A stretch of DNA of 63,447 nucleotides, the filler included, from Choristocarpus tenellus KU-1152 (lineage: Eukaryota; Protista; Phaeophyceae), in NCBI GenBank assembly GCA_964200185.2. It is 9 parts of 9 records of this genome, joined end to end, with 100 filler letters (N's around TTAATTAATTAA, not from the genome) between each part and the next. Parts side by side here need not be neighbours in the genome. Positions count along the whole stretch, not along the records: positions 48,140 to 50,820 come from CAXNAD020025696.1; positions 50,921 to 56,885 come from CAXNAD020009300.1; positions 56,986 to 63,447 come from CAXNAD020008088.1; 6 more parts are not named here. One strand, given 5' to 3'. Below the pieces are notes generated by a model. The model saw only the letters and a list, made by a program, of their open reading frames with translations, had not been told where the DNA came from and did not search any database. The translations under genes and the position numbers were made by a program. Positions 50,755-63,447 of the stretch are shown here, in pieces. Position 1 is the first letter of the stretch. Every line of letters starts with the position of its first letter.

Positions 50755-50820
50755 GAGCCAAAGTATCTTAGAGGGTAGAGCCGCGTCCATTTGGGGATCA
50801 AAATACAATGTTGTGATTTT
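50755..50820. mobile_element. MITE family A end, cut by contig end
   Basis: GAGCCAAAGTATCTTAGAGGGTAGAGCCGCGTCCATTTGGGG. Confidence 0.85.
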
Positions 50821-52601
50821 NNNNNNNNNNNNNNNNNNNNNNNNNNNNNNNNNNNNNNNNNNNNTTAATTAATTAANNNNNNNNNNNNNNNNNNNNNNNN
50901 NNNNNNNNNNNNNNNNNNNNCGGACCCCCGCCCCCCCCCCCCCAGATACTTTGACCCATAGGTGTCGGCACCAGTGAGTTGCTCTGTCTCCTGCTATCTT
51001 TCATTGTACTGATCCCGGCTGGATTTGAAACGGAAATGTGGTTCCCCGCGACCACGAAACCATTGACGTCCTGTAGTCCCTCTCTTTCCCTCCAAAACGA
51101 CTCCGCATAGCTCTTCCCTGCATCGTTAGCTTATCCTCTGTCCCTGAAGACGCCAGGATCGTGTTCACCCTGACAAACATCTCTATTTCATTAGTTCGGA
51201 GATCCCAAAGTAACTATTTTCCAGAAAACGGCATTGATGAGCCACCACTGGGATTGCTGTTACCCAAAGAAACCATACTATTATCTAACGCTCCACCTAT
51301 ACTATCCCCACCACCCTGTCAATTGCCATCGTCTCCCTCCATAACTTTGATCTAATAAATAGTAGTTATCATATATAACAACATCAATAAAATATTAAAA
51401 ATACGTTAGCACTTCTTTAAGTGAGAAAGAGTCTTATTTGAGGGGTGACATGGACAGGGTGGACAAGGGTTCTCAAAACAGAACAAAAATAAAATAAAAA
51501 ACGGCGATCAACTCTCATCTCTTAACTCCATTTTGTTTTGTCACACTGGTACTGAGCTCTCCTCTACTTGTCTGTTGTGTCGTCGACTCTCTCATTGTCG
51601 CGAATTGAGGAATTAAAACGCATCTCGCCATTGGTCCTCCCGCTACTCTATCGGAAAAATAGTATCCTCTGTACTCCTCGTCATACATATCTCTTGGAAC
51701 TCACGCCTTGTTGAACGGGGCCTGTATATTTGCCTGGTCGTCCCTTCCAGTGGGGTAACTACTCCGTGTGGGAAGGGTCCTTCCAACCCCTTTTCATGAT
51801 TTGTTACTACCCCGGGAAATAATCATTTCGGACAAGAGAAAAACGAGAATTAAGGGTATAGGAAAGGGCGTGAGGGGTAGAACGGTCGTGAAAATTGGTT
51901 TGAGAAGGGAACTCCAAGGGGTTCAGGGCCAAACGAGACCACTAGCCATTCGCTGACATCACTCGTGGTAGACGCGAGGGGAGGCCACTGGAAGGCACCA
52001 GTGTGTTGAGGATATGCTAGGCGGTCCCTTGTTGGTGAGCTCTCCCTCCGTTTCTCAGCCTGTTTGGGGGATCTCATCATGTGAGAGATCGTTATATAGA
52101 GCGGGCTACTTCGTAGTGAGTAACTCGCGAAAAACAAGAAAGTGGGAGGGCCTTGCTGCTGCGTAGGCACACCAGCACTTCTCCAGGATGTTTGAGACAT
52201 GAAGAATGGTGATATGCAATGGGGGATAGTCGATTTTACTTGGAGGCGATTTCCTGGGTCAGGCATTTTTCTAGGAGACAAGAGGGGGACGTTGGTCAGC
52301 GGTAGTGCGGACCTGTATACCCTGGCTTCCCTGGTAGCTTTTCCTTTGACTTTTGTTTTTTCTCATCTCGGGTTCCAGGAGTAATGCCGAGAATTGGTTC
52401 ACTATAATGTAGACAGGCGATCTAGTGCCTTTTGGCTCGATCCTTTCATCGGATATGACCAACCAACGCCAGGAGAGGGTTTGCGGCCAAAAGAACAGAA
52501 GTATGTTTTGGTTTCCTGAATTGGTGAAGTGTAATCGCCTTTCTACTAAGTTGCAAGCTTTCACGAATCCTTCAACGCCCATCCTTGTACCGCGCGTATA
52601 G

Positions 52602-54623
52602 GTGAGGGGAACCCGCCTGCGCGATGAGTTCGCCTGTCCGATTACGCGGGAGCTCATGCGGGAGCCTGTCATTGCAGCAGATGGCCATACATATGACAAA
52701 GAGGCGATAGAGATGTGGTTACGACACCATGATACCTCTCCCAAGGTAAGCACGTTCTCCTTGTGCCTGGAGTAAGCCCCGATGTCCACCGTGACCAATC
52801 GCCATGATCCTGTCACCTCACCCGTGACTTCTTGCACCTTAGGCTTGGACGTTTTCTACCATGACAATGAATTGTGTACGATCAGTACTTACAAACACAA
52901 CATACACACATTTTGCAATTATAAGTAAACTCACGAAACAACCAATACCTGAGAGTATCTTTATCTCGTTGCCATCTCGTTCCCATGTACAGACTGGTCA
53001 GCCTATGGACCACCTCTTTGTTGTGCCAAATCACAATCTCAAACGCTTGATCAAGGACCTTATTGCCGAGAAGGGTGAGGGTCTGTACGTGCATGATGCC
53101 ACGGAGGAGGATGACAAAGAAGAAGACAATGATGAGTTGGAAAACAGGGAGGATGGGGGAAGGGCAGGTGGAAGAAGAGGGGAAGGACGGTACCGCTTTG
53201 CCCTTGTTACAGAGCACATCCTTGTCCTGAAGGTGGGTAGGGTGGATGATGAGACTTGCCAGCATTGAATCCCCTGTGATACGAGAGGGAGCCCAAATGT
53301 TGGGAGGTGGTGAGGTGTAAGGTTAGGGGATAATAGATGCATTTCAGGAGTTTTTGCTGTTGAGGTTATTGAATAACCTGGCGGGTGAGTGGTCGTGTAT
53401 GGGAGATATTATTTTCTGTGATGTTGAAGCAAGTTTAGTGTGAGGTCAAGGTTTGGATGTATTAAATGGTGCGTATTCTAGATTGCAGAAATATTTTTTT
53501 GAAGGAACACCCTCTGTGCTGTGATGCGGTACAGTCTGGTATCAAGGTGTAAGGTGAGCAAACACTGTGGAATGATATAGTTAGTAGATGCAGCAGTATT
53601 CAGTGCACTACTTACGAAAAATATGTTCCGGCAGATCTTGGTTTATGCCGTGTGTAGTACCATGTCTATAATTTTACATCTATCTGGTGGCAATACGCGA
53701 CGAGTCCCGAAGGTTCGGAGGAGTGGATCATGGTCAGAAGGCGGTGAAGGTTAGTTGATATCGTGAGCTCCTCTCTCACCGGCTCCATTGAGCAGTAGGA
53801 AGTTAAGAAAAGAAGCGGTCGATGCATTTTGTGTTATTTTGAAAGTAGGCGAATTAAAATACTGCTGAGGATATTCTTCTTTTTTTTTTCTTCTGCAAGT
53901 TGGGTAATTCTGAATTCCTGCCAGTTGTTGACCGTGTGTTGCGCGTTGATTGTATTGCAATGCGGAGACCCGAAACAAATGGCCAATGCCAGCACAAAGT
54001 TGTATCCTTTGCTTAGCCGATTTGGAGTGCAAGGCTCGTTATATTCACATGGGCAGTGCTAGTGTTTGCTGGGCTTGGAATGGCCGAGGGCGAATACGTC
54101 CTATTTATTGGTTCGTTGTGATGCGCAGGGGATTCTACTGGTGATGTTATCGATTCTTTGTTTGTGCCATGACTTGTTTTGTCTCCGTCTCGACATCACC
54201 CTCGCTATTCACTACCGTAGTGTAGGTGTTGTGAATTTTGTCAAATTTCAGCAGTGCCCGTGTACCTTTTTTTGGTTATCTTTTGTTATCAATAAGTGTG
54301 CAATATGCACTCAAAAAAACACAATTTGCTCCTTACACCAAGGTACTCCCCCTCGCCTCCTCCCCTTGAGCTCCTTGCTGCTTCAATTCCCGAGGATGAT
54401 GAAAGCCTGTTTTCACCATTCGTCTTCACTCTTGCGCTGTGCTTTTGCATTGCAGTGCCTGGGACCTGTGGACTCTGATTGGAATGGAAAGTCGTTCAGG
54501 GTTACACAGCGAGGTTGCATTGGGGGGAGGAAACAACCGGCTCATCTAGGAGGGGCGGACTTCATGCAATTCTCAGATGCAACTGTCAGCAGACGGCACT
54601 TCGAAATTGTCTTCAACAAGCAG
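52602..54623 (+). CDS. U-box + FHA domain protein, internal exons 52602-52745, 52993-53232, 54456-54623
   Basis: U-box: [39 protein letters not shown]|[16 protein letters not shown]; acidic linker; FHA core: IGGR...[11 protein letters not shown]. Start and 3' exons not resolved. Confidence 0.88.
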
Positions 54624-57614
54624 GCATGCCCCCTCCCCTCTCCTCCCCTCCCCTCCCGAAGTTTCTCAGCCAGAGCTCCACTGCAAGATGCTCTTCTGTT
54701 ATCTGTCCATGTGATCCCTGACCCTGTCTTCATGCTGGGCCTCAAGTCGTAGCCTTGGTCATAGCCCGTTTTTCCACCTGCTCGCTCTACTGTGGGTGTT
54801 CATGTGTGGATGTTCCACTATTTTTTTAGTGCAGTGAGTCCCACTAAGAACCTGCTAGAGCTAGGCAGGTCACCCTCGGACTCTCCTTCGCTGTGTTGTG
54901 TATCTTGAATAGCTGCTCAGGTTCATGTTGTTCAACTCTTGTCAATGGGTTTGTGCGCTGTCATTGGGGTTGTTGCTTTGCTTTGTGTGGTTCATGTTGA
55001 CCTATTGGCTATGGTTGTCCCCGGAGTTCACATAGTGACAAAGGGTTTAACTTCTTAGGAGTAGTTCATGAAATGGCATCTTTTGTTTGTCTGTTGTTGT
55101 TTATCAATACATTGAGTTGACAGGAAGGAGTTGTTGATTGATTGGGGGGGGCAGAACATGATTTTTTTTATTTTTATGCGTAGCACCTTGGACAACGTAA
55201 CGCTCAACACTGTGTTACCCACACAACATTTAGACGCAAGCATACGTAACACTGTTGTGTAGTACCCGTAATAAGTGTTTAGTTGTCCAAGGTGTGGAAT
55301 GTATGCGTACACTTTGTAGTGTTGTTGTGCTTCACCTTTACTAGCACTTTGTTAATAGAAACTGTTGAAACTGTTTTTGCTGTATCAGGGTGTGGTAGTG
55401 CTTCTGGAGCTTACATTATGTCCTATGTGCTAATTGAATCCATTTAACCTTGAACCTTAGTTGTGTGTGGATTTTTATGTTTTTCTATACCAGGTTGTCA
55501 TCAACAGTCCACATTGCCCTGTTCCTGTTTGACTTGGCTTGCTTTGCTTTGCTTTGGTTTTGAACTCCTCCCCATCGTCCCCAAATTTTGGCACCCTCTC
55601 TGTCAACCCCTTCCCCCCTCCTGCCACCCCCAAATTGATGAAGCTGTGTGACTGATAGCTTGCTATATTTAAATTAGCCGCGTTTTCCACAGTTTTGTTC
55701 GAAAGTGTATCAAAGGATCATGTTATCAGCCTCCGCCGGTCTCTTCACTTCTCCATTGAGAGTTCCTACCAGCATTGTGGGATGAGGTTTTCCTCACTCT
55801 CGGGCGTTTTTCTGCACAACTTTGATTAACCTATTCTTGAGCGGTTGTGCATGTATTAGCATGTTGTAGTGACTTTCCTTTGCACCTCTTGTTCCCCTGC
55901 CATGTCAAGACCTGTTGTTCACTGATCTGCATGGTACGATGACTGTGTACAGATTTATCTGAGCACGAGTTTGTACTGGTCGCTTGTCCCGCGAGGAAGT
56001 CCTATGATCCGTAGTGTGTAACTCCAAGTAAATTATTCACAGAAGAGGTGTTTACTCTACCATTACCGCCCATGCTGTTGACTGTTGTATTTCTGGGATT
56101 TCAAAACCAGAAGCGATAAAGCTTGTGCGGGGGGGGGGGGAGAGGGGTAGGTGAGGCAATGTTAACTAGGAGGTGTGAAAGTGGTGTAGAGGTGTACGCG
56201 AAGGGTAAGTAGGCTTGGCTTTAAAAGGGGCGGTGTTGCTGCACTGGGTATGTAGGTTGTAGTTTTCTGAAATATGGGGAGGCTGTGTTTGGTTTATTTT
56301 TTGAAAGTACATCTTCTGTGGGTAGTACTGTGGTGAGTGTGGTGGATGAGGGTGTAATTTGTACGTGGTATCATTTGGTACTCGGTAGGTATTGAGTCAA
56401 CTCTGTGACTAGAGCAGCTGCCCTTTCAGGGTTTTCCTATTGAGGTTGGCGGTGGTAGTGTTGGTGACGTACCCACTTCAGCTGTTGTTGTATGTCATGT
56501 CTTGGCATGTTGTCTGAATGGTAAGTAGTAGGCAAAAAAAGATCACTTCATAGAGCCAGTGCAATTGATTTGAAGCTTGTCGAATGTGCTGGTGGAATGA
56601 TGCTTCCACCCTCCTTTGTTCTGGAGGATGTTCCAGAGGATAGCTCTTGTGGAGTGACTGATGTGCACCAGGGAAGCACCACCTTAAAAATGCATATTTT
56701 ACTCTTTCACACTAAGTTTAGGGTTAGGGATGTTACACATGAAACAGGGTTAAGGTTAGGTTTTTGATTTTTTTGTGAAACAGTTAAAAGTAAAAAAAAA
56801 AGAAAAAAGACGCTGGTGATGGTTACCCCGTGTATAACAGTGAGTCTGACAATCTCGCTACAGGCTCAAAGTATCATCTGGGGGGNNNNNNNNNNNNNNN
56901 NNNNNNNNNNNNNNNNNNNNNNNNNNNNNTTAATTAATTAANNNNNNNNNNNNNNNNNNNNNNNNNNNNNNNNNNNNNNNNNNNNGGCGGGGGGGGCGCT
57001 GGGGGGGGGGTTGGACGTTTGTTTGTCAGGACGAGCAATGGTGCAGGGACTCTCCACCTCGACCTCGACCTCCCAACCTACATCACATTGAAGACTGTTT
57101 GCAAAACTCCACCAAACTTTGTCAATTCATGCTCGCAGTTTGATAGATTGACACTGATGACAAAATGCACCGTAAAAAAAAACATCGCTTTCAAAATGAC
57201 CTCGAGCAATCGTTCCGCTTTAAAAGAAAATTCTCGTTGATTGCCAGGTGGTGATTAAATACCACCCCCCACCCCCCGACCCTCGTCCCTTGGGTCACAA
57301 ACCATCAGCCGTGTGACCAGATACTCTGATGTATGAAATTTCTGCTGACATCAAATCGACGAAGTAATTGTACCACCCAAACCATGTATCGCAAAGGACC
57401 TTATCATTAGAAGTCAGGTATGGGCATCAGATGTGGGTGTTCTGAGATGCAAAGCTACGTGTTTCATGCCAATTTCTCGAGGCATATCAAAAAGAGAATT
57501 ATAAAAAGTAGGTTTCTTAAATAAATCACAGTGAGGTGCTTTCCAGAACACACACTCTCCGGTTCGACAGCGTTGACCCATCAACACCGCTGCTGATCAC
57601 ATAATTCATCTTAC

Positions 57615-60600
57615 CTCAACCCTCCAATCCACAAATGTCTCTTCCATGAAAAGGGAGGATCAACTTATCAGTTTGTTACAGTCTGACTCAATTATGCTAT
57701 TAATACTCCCCAAAGATCGAAGCAATGTTGTGGAAGTAGAGGCGTTTTTATTTCTTGTCTCCTTCTGATATCGAACGCTACTACAAATGCAATAGTCTCT
57801 TCTTGCTCTCGCCTTGCTTTTTTTGTGAGGTAACATTTTTTTTTTCCAACATATTGGAAGACTTTACATTGAGGGGGGTCGAGACACTCTTCACAGGAGT
57901 TCCAGTTTGTGCCCACTCTGGATTTTTATGCCCCCATCCATCCACATCAAGGATGAGGCTGTATATTCAAAAAGAGAGTCAAATATCGATATGCCTCTAC
58001 AAGGAGTGCATGCCTTCCCTGATACACACTATGTTGGGTCTTTCAGTAGACACTATTACTAAGAACAACAATCTAAATAGTCCTCACCTACTGCTCACAC
58101 AAATATGTACCCATCTCAAGGCACCCAGTGGATAAAGCAACCAATATACCCCCACTCCTAAGCCAGTTTAAGTTGACATGCCTTGTTCACTGTCAAACCC
58201 CATGCCATCATACATCATACATCATACATCTTTCAACACGATAATAACCATAGCTGTAATAAGTCGCAAAATAAACATTGCGTCGACCCCCATCTCTTTG
58301 CCCACAAACACACCCAGTAGGAAATAATAAAATCCACACTCCACCTACTTATCACCATGCCCTCTGCCAGGGACCCTCATCAACAGGAGCCTCAACCAAC
58401 GGTTGTAGGATATGGGGCATGAAGGAGTGGGGATAGCAAGGAGTAGGAGGTGAGCGGGGTGAGAGGGAGGGGGGGGGGTCAACCACAAATCAAGAACATT
58501 GACATTTCCTCTCAAAACGCAACTGATCACCCTGCTGGAACACCTACTAGAACATTAATTCGAAGTGATTGTTGAAGTTCAATGCAACTATTGGCAACAG
58601 AGCAGCCAGCAATACTACGCAGTAGAGTAAAAAGTAATAAGAGCACATCATCGATACAACAAGATAGTCTAAATTACATTCATGGCGTGCTCACCTGGAA
58701 CATAATCAGCTTCTTGCGATGGGCGACGGACATGGGATGGTCATTTGCAGGCAGACACAGGGTGCACCATGCAAATAACCTATCTAACATTTCTCTAGAC
58801 TCTTGCTTGCATTCCGGTGAAGGCAGCGGGACGAGCGAGGGGCGTGTGTGAGATGGGTGTAAGGACAGCAATACTGAGAAAAGCACTTCAATGGTACGGT
58901 AATGGCGGTTAATGACCTGAGACACACTGGCAGTAGGACAAAAGTGAGATGCAGTCCAGGGGGAGAGCACGGGGAAGGGCCAGAGGCAGGCGAGACAGCA
59001 TGGTGCAAGGAGAGCTAGCTTACAGTGAAGAGAGCTTAAAGGTATCTTAGACAACAACCTAGGAACCTAGGGTCAACGAACTGATGGCATATCCCATCAG
59101 TGGAAAGGGTCCACCCCATTGTCCTTGTGAGAGCAACCTGTGAGAATGTTACATGTGCCCAGGCCTCTCAAAATCACAATCACTGTGCTCATGTGGAACT
59201 GCAAAAATACAGAAGAGTACCTTGCTGTACGTTAATGGTCAAATTTTGTTCACCTTCTTCAAGTACCAGCAGCTCATTCATGATGTAGCCGACCTCGTTG
59301 GCCTGGTACCTAGATATAAAGATTAGTGGTTTGGTTGGTGCAAGTGAGACAAATAAATGCTTTAACCCACAAGCTTTACCGAAAGATTTGAACTGTGTAC
59401 AAGGACTTAGTACTATCAATACCGTAGCTAAGCAATCAAGGCAGAACCGTTTAACCCTAATTCTAACATCCGCAAGGATCGACCAGTGGTCACATTTGTA
59501 CCTTGAAGAGGTGCACTGAATTTGCCATGGGAGTAAAACACAAGGGTCTAAACGAAAAAACTTCTCAATGGCCATTCACTACTACAACTACAGTACTTGA
59601 CCACTGAACTGCTGCTGTCTAGGGTTGTGGTTTATGTGTTCACCTTCTCAAAACACTGATTCTTTAAAGCAGTAAGAGTTAGAACCCAACCTTTATGGAA
59701 AGAGCACCGAGAAATACAGCAGAGAGCGTGGATGGGGAAGAGAGAGATGGGTTGGTGACAAAACTCACAGGTTTTGCCGACTGATGTTGCCTCGAAAGAA
59801 GTCGTACACCTAATCAGATGTGATGATCGGAGTTGGTAGCAGGTGGTGTAACAGGTGGCGACGCGACGAGGAGAGGGCATTTTGAAGCAGTTGTCTTTGT
59901 AAGTCATTAAGTGCCTCATGCAAGAATCGTAAGCCCGAGCTTAACCAAACATATCGTTCCTTAAATGTCCCCAATCAACGAGATTCATTCCAAGAGGTAC
60001 CTTTTGTCTTCTTTGTCGGGCGTCGTCTTGTGTGCACACCAGCTTGAATACCCTGGAGCCGGACGAGATTGGGCAAACGACGATTCTTGAGCTACGAACA
60101 GTACAATAAGGCAGCTTCTAAAAATCTTTGTGACCAGAGGAAAATATCAACTAAAGCGTATGAAGGTCCAATCGCCAGCACACAGTAGGTAGAAGAAGAG
60201 AAAAGCGCCCACGCAAGACCACACCTTGAGCCCCCCCCGATCCCACACTACACTACACACGTGTTTTGAAGATAGCTTTGTGACAGGTGTCCGAAGGTAG
60301 CTGGAATTGAGCAAGAGGACCAAGGTCTCGTGGTAATTCAGCAGGTTCACTATCCAAAAACATCAAGATGTATCCTTCTTGTTATAGCCTTGTGGTGTCC
60401 CGACTGCTCAATGACAAAAGCTTTTCAATTCTTGCAAAAGGTGCACATCTCAACCAAGAGATGAAAACTCACCTCTCGAAGCCTTGTAGTCTCTGCCTCC
60501 GCAAAGTAGGCATCTGACTCATGGTGTCATGCATGTTCTTCTCGTAGACCTGAGACAAACAATAGGAAACCTGTCTTTTCCATGTCTGTCGCGAATAAGG

Positions 60601-60760
60601 TACCATCCAATGCCCTTGCCCTCTTCCAGCTGATTAAAAGAGGCTGTCTCACTTTGTGGTGTCAAGTCTTCCCTGCATTCCTATCACCCACCTTGGGATC
60701 AGCCTCAGCAAAGGTAAGCGATTTCTGAAGCAAGTCCAAGACCGGAAGATCGTCCTCCAT
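57615..60760 (-). CDS. Hypothetical multi-exon gene divergent from TerC
   Basis: ATG at 60760; exons 60760-60692 (MEDDLPVLDLLQKSLTFAEADPK), 60549-60473 and one starting at 60349 join in frame via GT-AG; further exon-like segments with donors near 60000, 58696 and 57615; no family recognised. Confidence 0.45.
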
Positions 60761-61206
60761 CTTTGTTCCAGCAGCACCAGAACTGTCCGTCTTCGTTGTT
60801 GTACACAATACCAAAGTTGATTCTCGCACGCTGTCCAGACTGCACACCACAAGACACTCGCACTACTGTTCTACTGATTCTCCATCAACGATCAATATCA
60901 CTGTTGGTACGTGTTTTTCCTTCCTACTTTCTGTTTGATGAAAAATGAACGAGGAGATTTTGTGTTCATAATTGAACTGTAAGTGTTGTTGAAATATACG
61001 AATCGGTGCGTAATCATCATGTTGAGAAATGGGTCGGCAATTTATACGATTTCGACATCATTAGGGGAGTGGGAGAGATATGATATGACAGGGTGGTTGT
61101 CATTATTATCGTAACATACAAGTGGTGGTAGTTGCGGTGTATTCAGACGGCTTACGGTGGGAAGAGGGTTGAAAGAAGGGACCATTTTTCTGTCACTAGC
61201 CCAAGC

Positions 61207-62939
61207 ATGCGATCAACGACTCGGTTGGCGCTCACAGCGCTGGCATGCGCAGTAAGCTTCAGCAGATCTTACGCTTCTTCAACAAAATGCCTTCCCTTTA
61301 TGACTTGCACTAATCGGGAACAAGTATGGGAGGCAGGCCTCGTAACCGCCATCAGATGCAGAGGGGGTGGAGACTGTCCTAGTAAATTGGGACGCCAGGC
61401 GCTCTCGGAAAGGCGAAGGGAGGGGTATCCCATGATGGAAAGGAAGGGTATGAGGTGGTGGGGTGGCGGGTCAGCGAGGAAGGTTACTGTCACAAGAGGT
61501 GAGGCGTTGATGACTGCCAACATAGTTACAACTAGCAACAGCCCCTCTCTTTTTCACATACAAAAGTTCTATGCACTTTGCATGGGCATGGTGCAAATCT
61601 GACTTCACCTTCCTGTCCCCATGTACATTGTGCGTAGGGGGATCTTTGGCCGTTGCACCTGTGGACAAGGCAGCCTACCGGAAGGCCCTCCTGCGGACTT
61701 GTTTGGTATTCTTCTCTGGTGAATATGATTCCCTCATTTCACTGTCAGTCTGCGACCCCTCCAACTAGTGAAGCTCTCCTCCAACACCTGGCTAAGTTAG
61801 CACCCCGAACAGGCACCAACCAACGTTTCCCAGTTGAACCTTCCCACGTTTCATTCCCGCATGATATGCATTCCCGATTCGTCCCACTCTCCATTGTGCC
61901 CTCTCTATAATTGAAGCCCTGAACACATGTACTATAGCACAGTATTTGTGATGAGTGCTTTAGCGAATGATCCGTGATAATGACTGACCATGGTGATCTC
62001 CCACAACAACTCCTGTGACATACGGAAACCTACCCCCTAAGCGAAAATTCCCTGTTCATTCGTTGGCCCACCTCCGACCGATGGCTTACAGGGTGATATT
62101 ATGGGGCAATGCATTTGAAAATCTCCTGAATCCTGCCCCAACCCCTATTCCTTTGTGTCACATGTGCTCGTCCCATACTTTCCAGCGGTTGCGTTTGGCT
62201 TGGGTACAATGGTAGTCAAGGGCAAGCAGTCGGGGATGGAATTTTTCACCGGCTACCTTGTGGAGCAGTCTCTATCTGTGGACAACTTGTTTGTGTTCAT
62301 ACTTCTTTTTGAGTACTTCAAGGTGCCCCCACAATTCCAGGTGAGGTATAATAGGTCGATAGGGAGAACACACAGTTTCTTTTTAGCTGCCGTACTGTTG
62401 TGGAGATCACAGTCAAGTCTTGTGCGTCACACGATGAGCGACAATTTTTTTTTTCGTGACTGTTCCGGTGTTTCCTCATTTTGCCCTGTAGCAATGGATG
62501 TGTAAGGTTGTGAATACAAGCAAGCGTTGTCTTTCTAAATCAAGTGTCGGTACAACAGGTATAAATTAATGTTGAGGTTAAAGATGGACCGAAATTATTC
62601 AGTTCGGAATGACATGCAAGTAGGGGGGATCCATCATATTTAGCTATGTGTGTGCGGTCTGTTGTGGAACACTCCTGGACTGTTCCCGTCTCTACTAGCC
62701 AGAAAACCAAGACAGGATATTTTTGGAGGTTTGGGTTAGTAGATACTCTGGTAACTTAGCAGAAGAAATGGGTGCAAAGCTGACGCACCTCAATGACCCC
62801 ACTCCACCCTGAATCAACGGATGGATGGAACTTCTTGATGGATGAGTCAGGGGCGTGTGCTGACTTGGGGTATCATTGGTGCCATCTCCATGAGGGCTGT
62901 CATGATTGTGGTGGGAGTTGCCGTCTTGGAGCGTTTCCG
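61207..62939 (+). CDS. terC: TerC-family integral membrane protein, probably plastid-targeted; first four exons 61207-61498, 61638-61718, 62186-62340, 62851-62939
   Basis: EFFTGYLVEQSLSVDNLFVFILLFEYFKVP..Q|GRVLTWGIIGAISMRAVMI; intron phases consistent (1, 1, 0); N-terminal hydrophobic signal-like segment followed by an Arg/Gly-rich extension. Confidence 0.93.
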
Positions 62940-63447
62940 GTATGAGCTAGAATGGAGGGATGTGTTTTGCAATTGTAGTCTTAGACCTTGAATAACTGTT
63001 CTTTCTGTCACAGGTGTCGTTGCACTCCTGTTTTGTGGCATCTCCTCGCCATCGTGTGATGTCTGTATGATGTGTAAAATGTCTGAGTGATTGGGATATG
63101 TTCATCTCAAGAGGATGTACACATAGTACTTTTTTTTTAAAGCAAACGTTTGACACAGTTCAGAAGAAATTTGACGGAGTGGGGTGACACTTGATGCAAG
63201 GCTTTCGAAGATTTTTTTTTCTCTTTGTTGGACATCTTTTTTTTTCTTCTACCCGAAAGTATTAAGCTTCCTTTTTTTTGGTTGGGGCATGTAGAGCTCT
63301 ATGCATAGAAGTCACTTTGCTCCTATTTGTAGGTCATTTTGAGATGTATTAAATATACATTGTACGGGACGGGGGGGGGGGTTGGAGGTATCCTTTGGGC
63401 GGAGTTGTTCAAGTCTCTTCCCGCACTGATCCTCCAGCCCTCACCGT

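Noticed and set aside
52271-52837. 188-aa minus-strand ORF
   Set aside because: Antisense to the well-supported U-box exon

Overview
Eukaryotic, intron-rich, transposon-rich DNA, most consistent with a photosynthetic stramenopile such as a brown alga. This is an inference from the bipartite-targeted TerC, plant/algal-type LeuC, short exons in long introns and scattered TTAGGG. The window is not one contiguous locus: eight artificial N44-TTAATTAATTAA-N44 linkers split it into nine contigs. Recognisable host genes, all partial, are the 3' exons of 3-isopropylmalate dehydratase large subunit (+), the 3' exons of 2-oxoglutarate dehydrogenase E1 (-) with a tRNA-Cys(GCA) just upstream of them in a presumed intron, a U-box + FHA protein (+), the 5' exons of a TerC membrane protein (+), and a divergent hypothetical multi-exon gene (-). 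Most of the rest is mobile DNA: two Ty1/copia families (one with a half-tRNAiMet PBS, a 5-bp TSD and an inverted mini-LTR), Ty3/gypsy, LINE, pogo-like and possibly MULE remnants, and a pervasive set of MITE families sharing AAAGTATC-containing termini with mixed 3/4-bp TSDs. A diverged ~5.3-kb tandem duplication (about 10.2-19.8 kb) encodes a decayed, apparently spliced protein that I cannot assign to any family.
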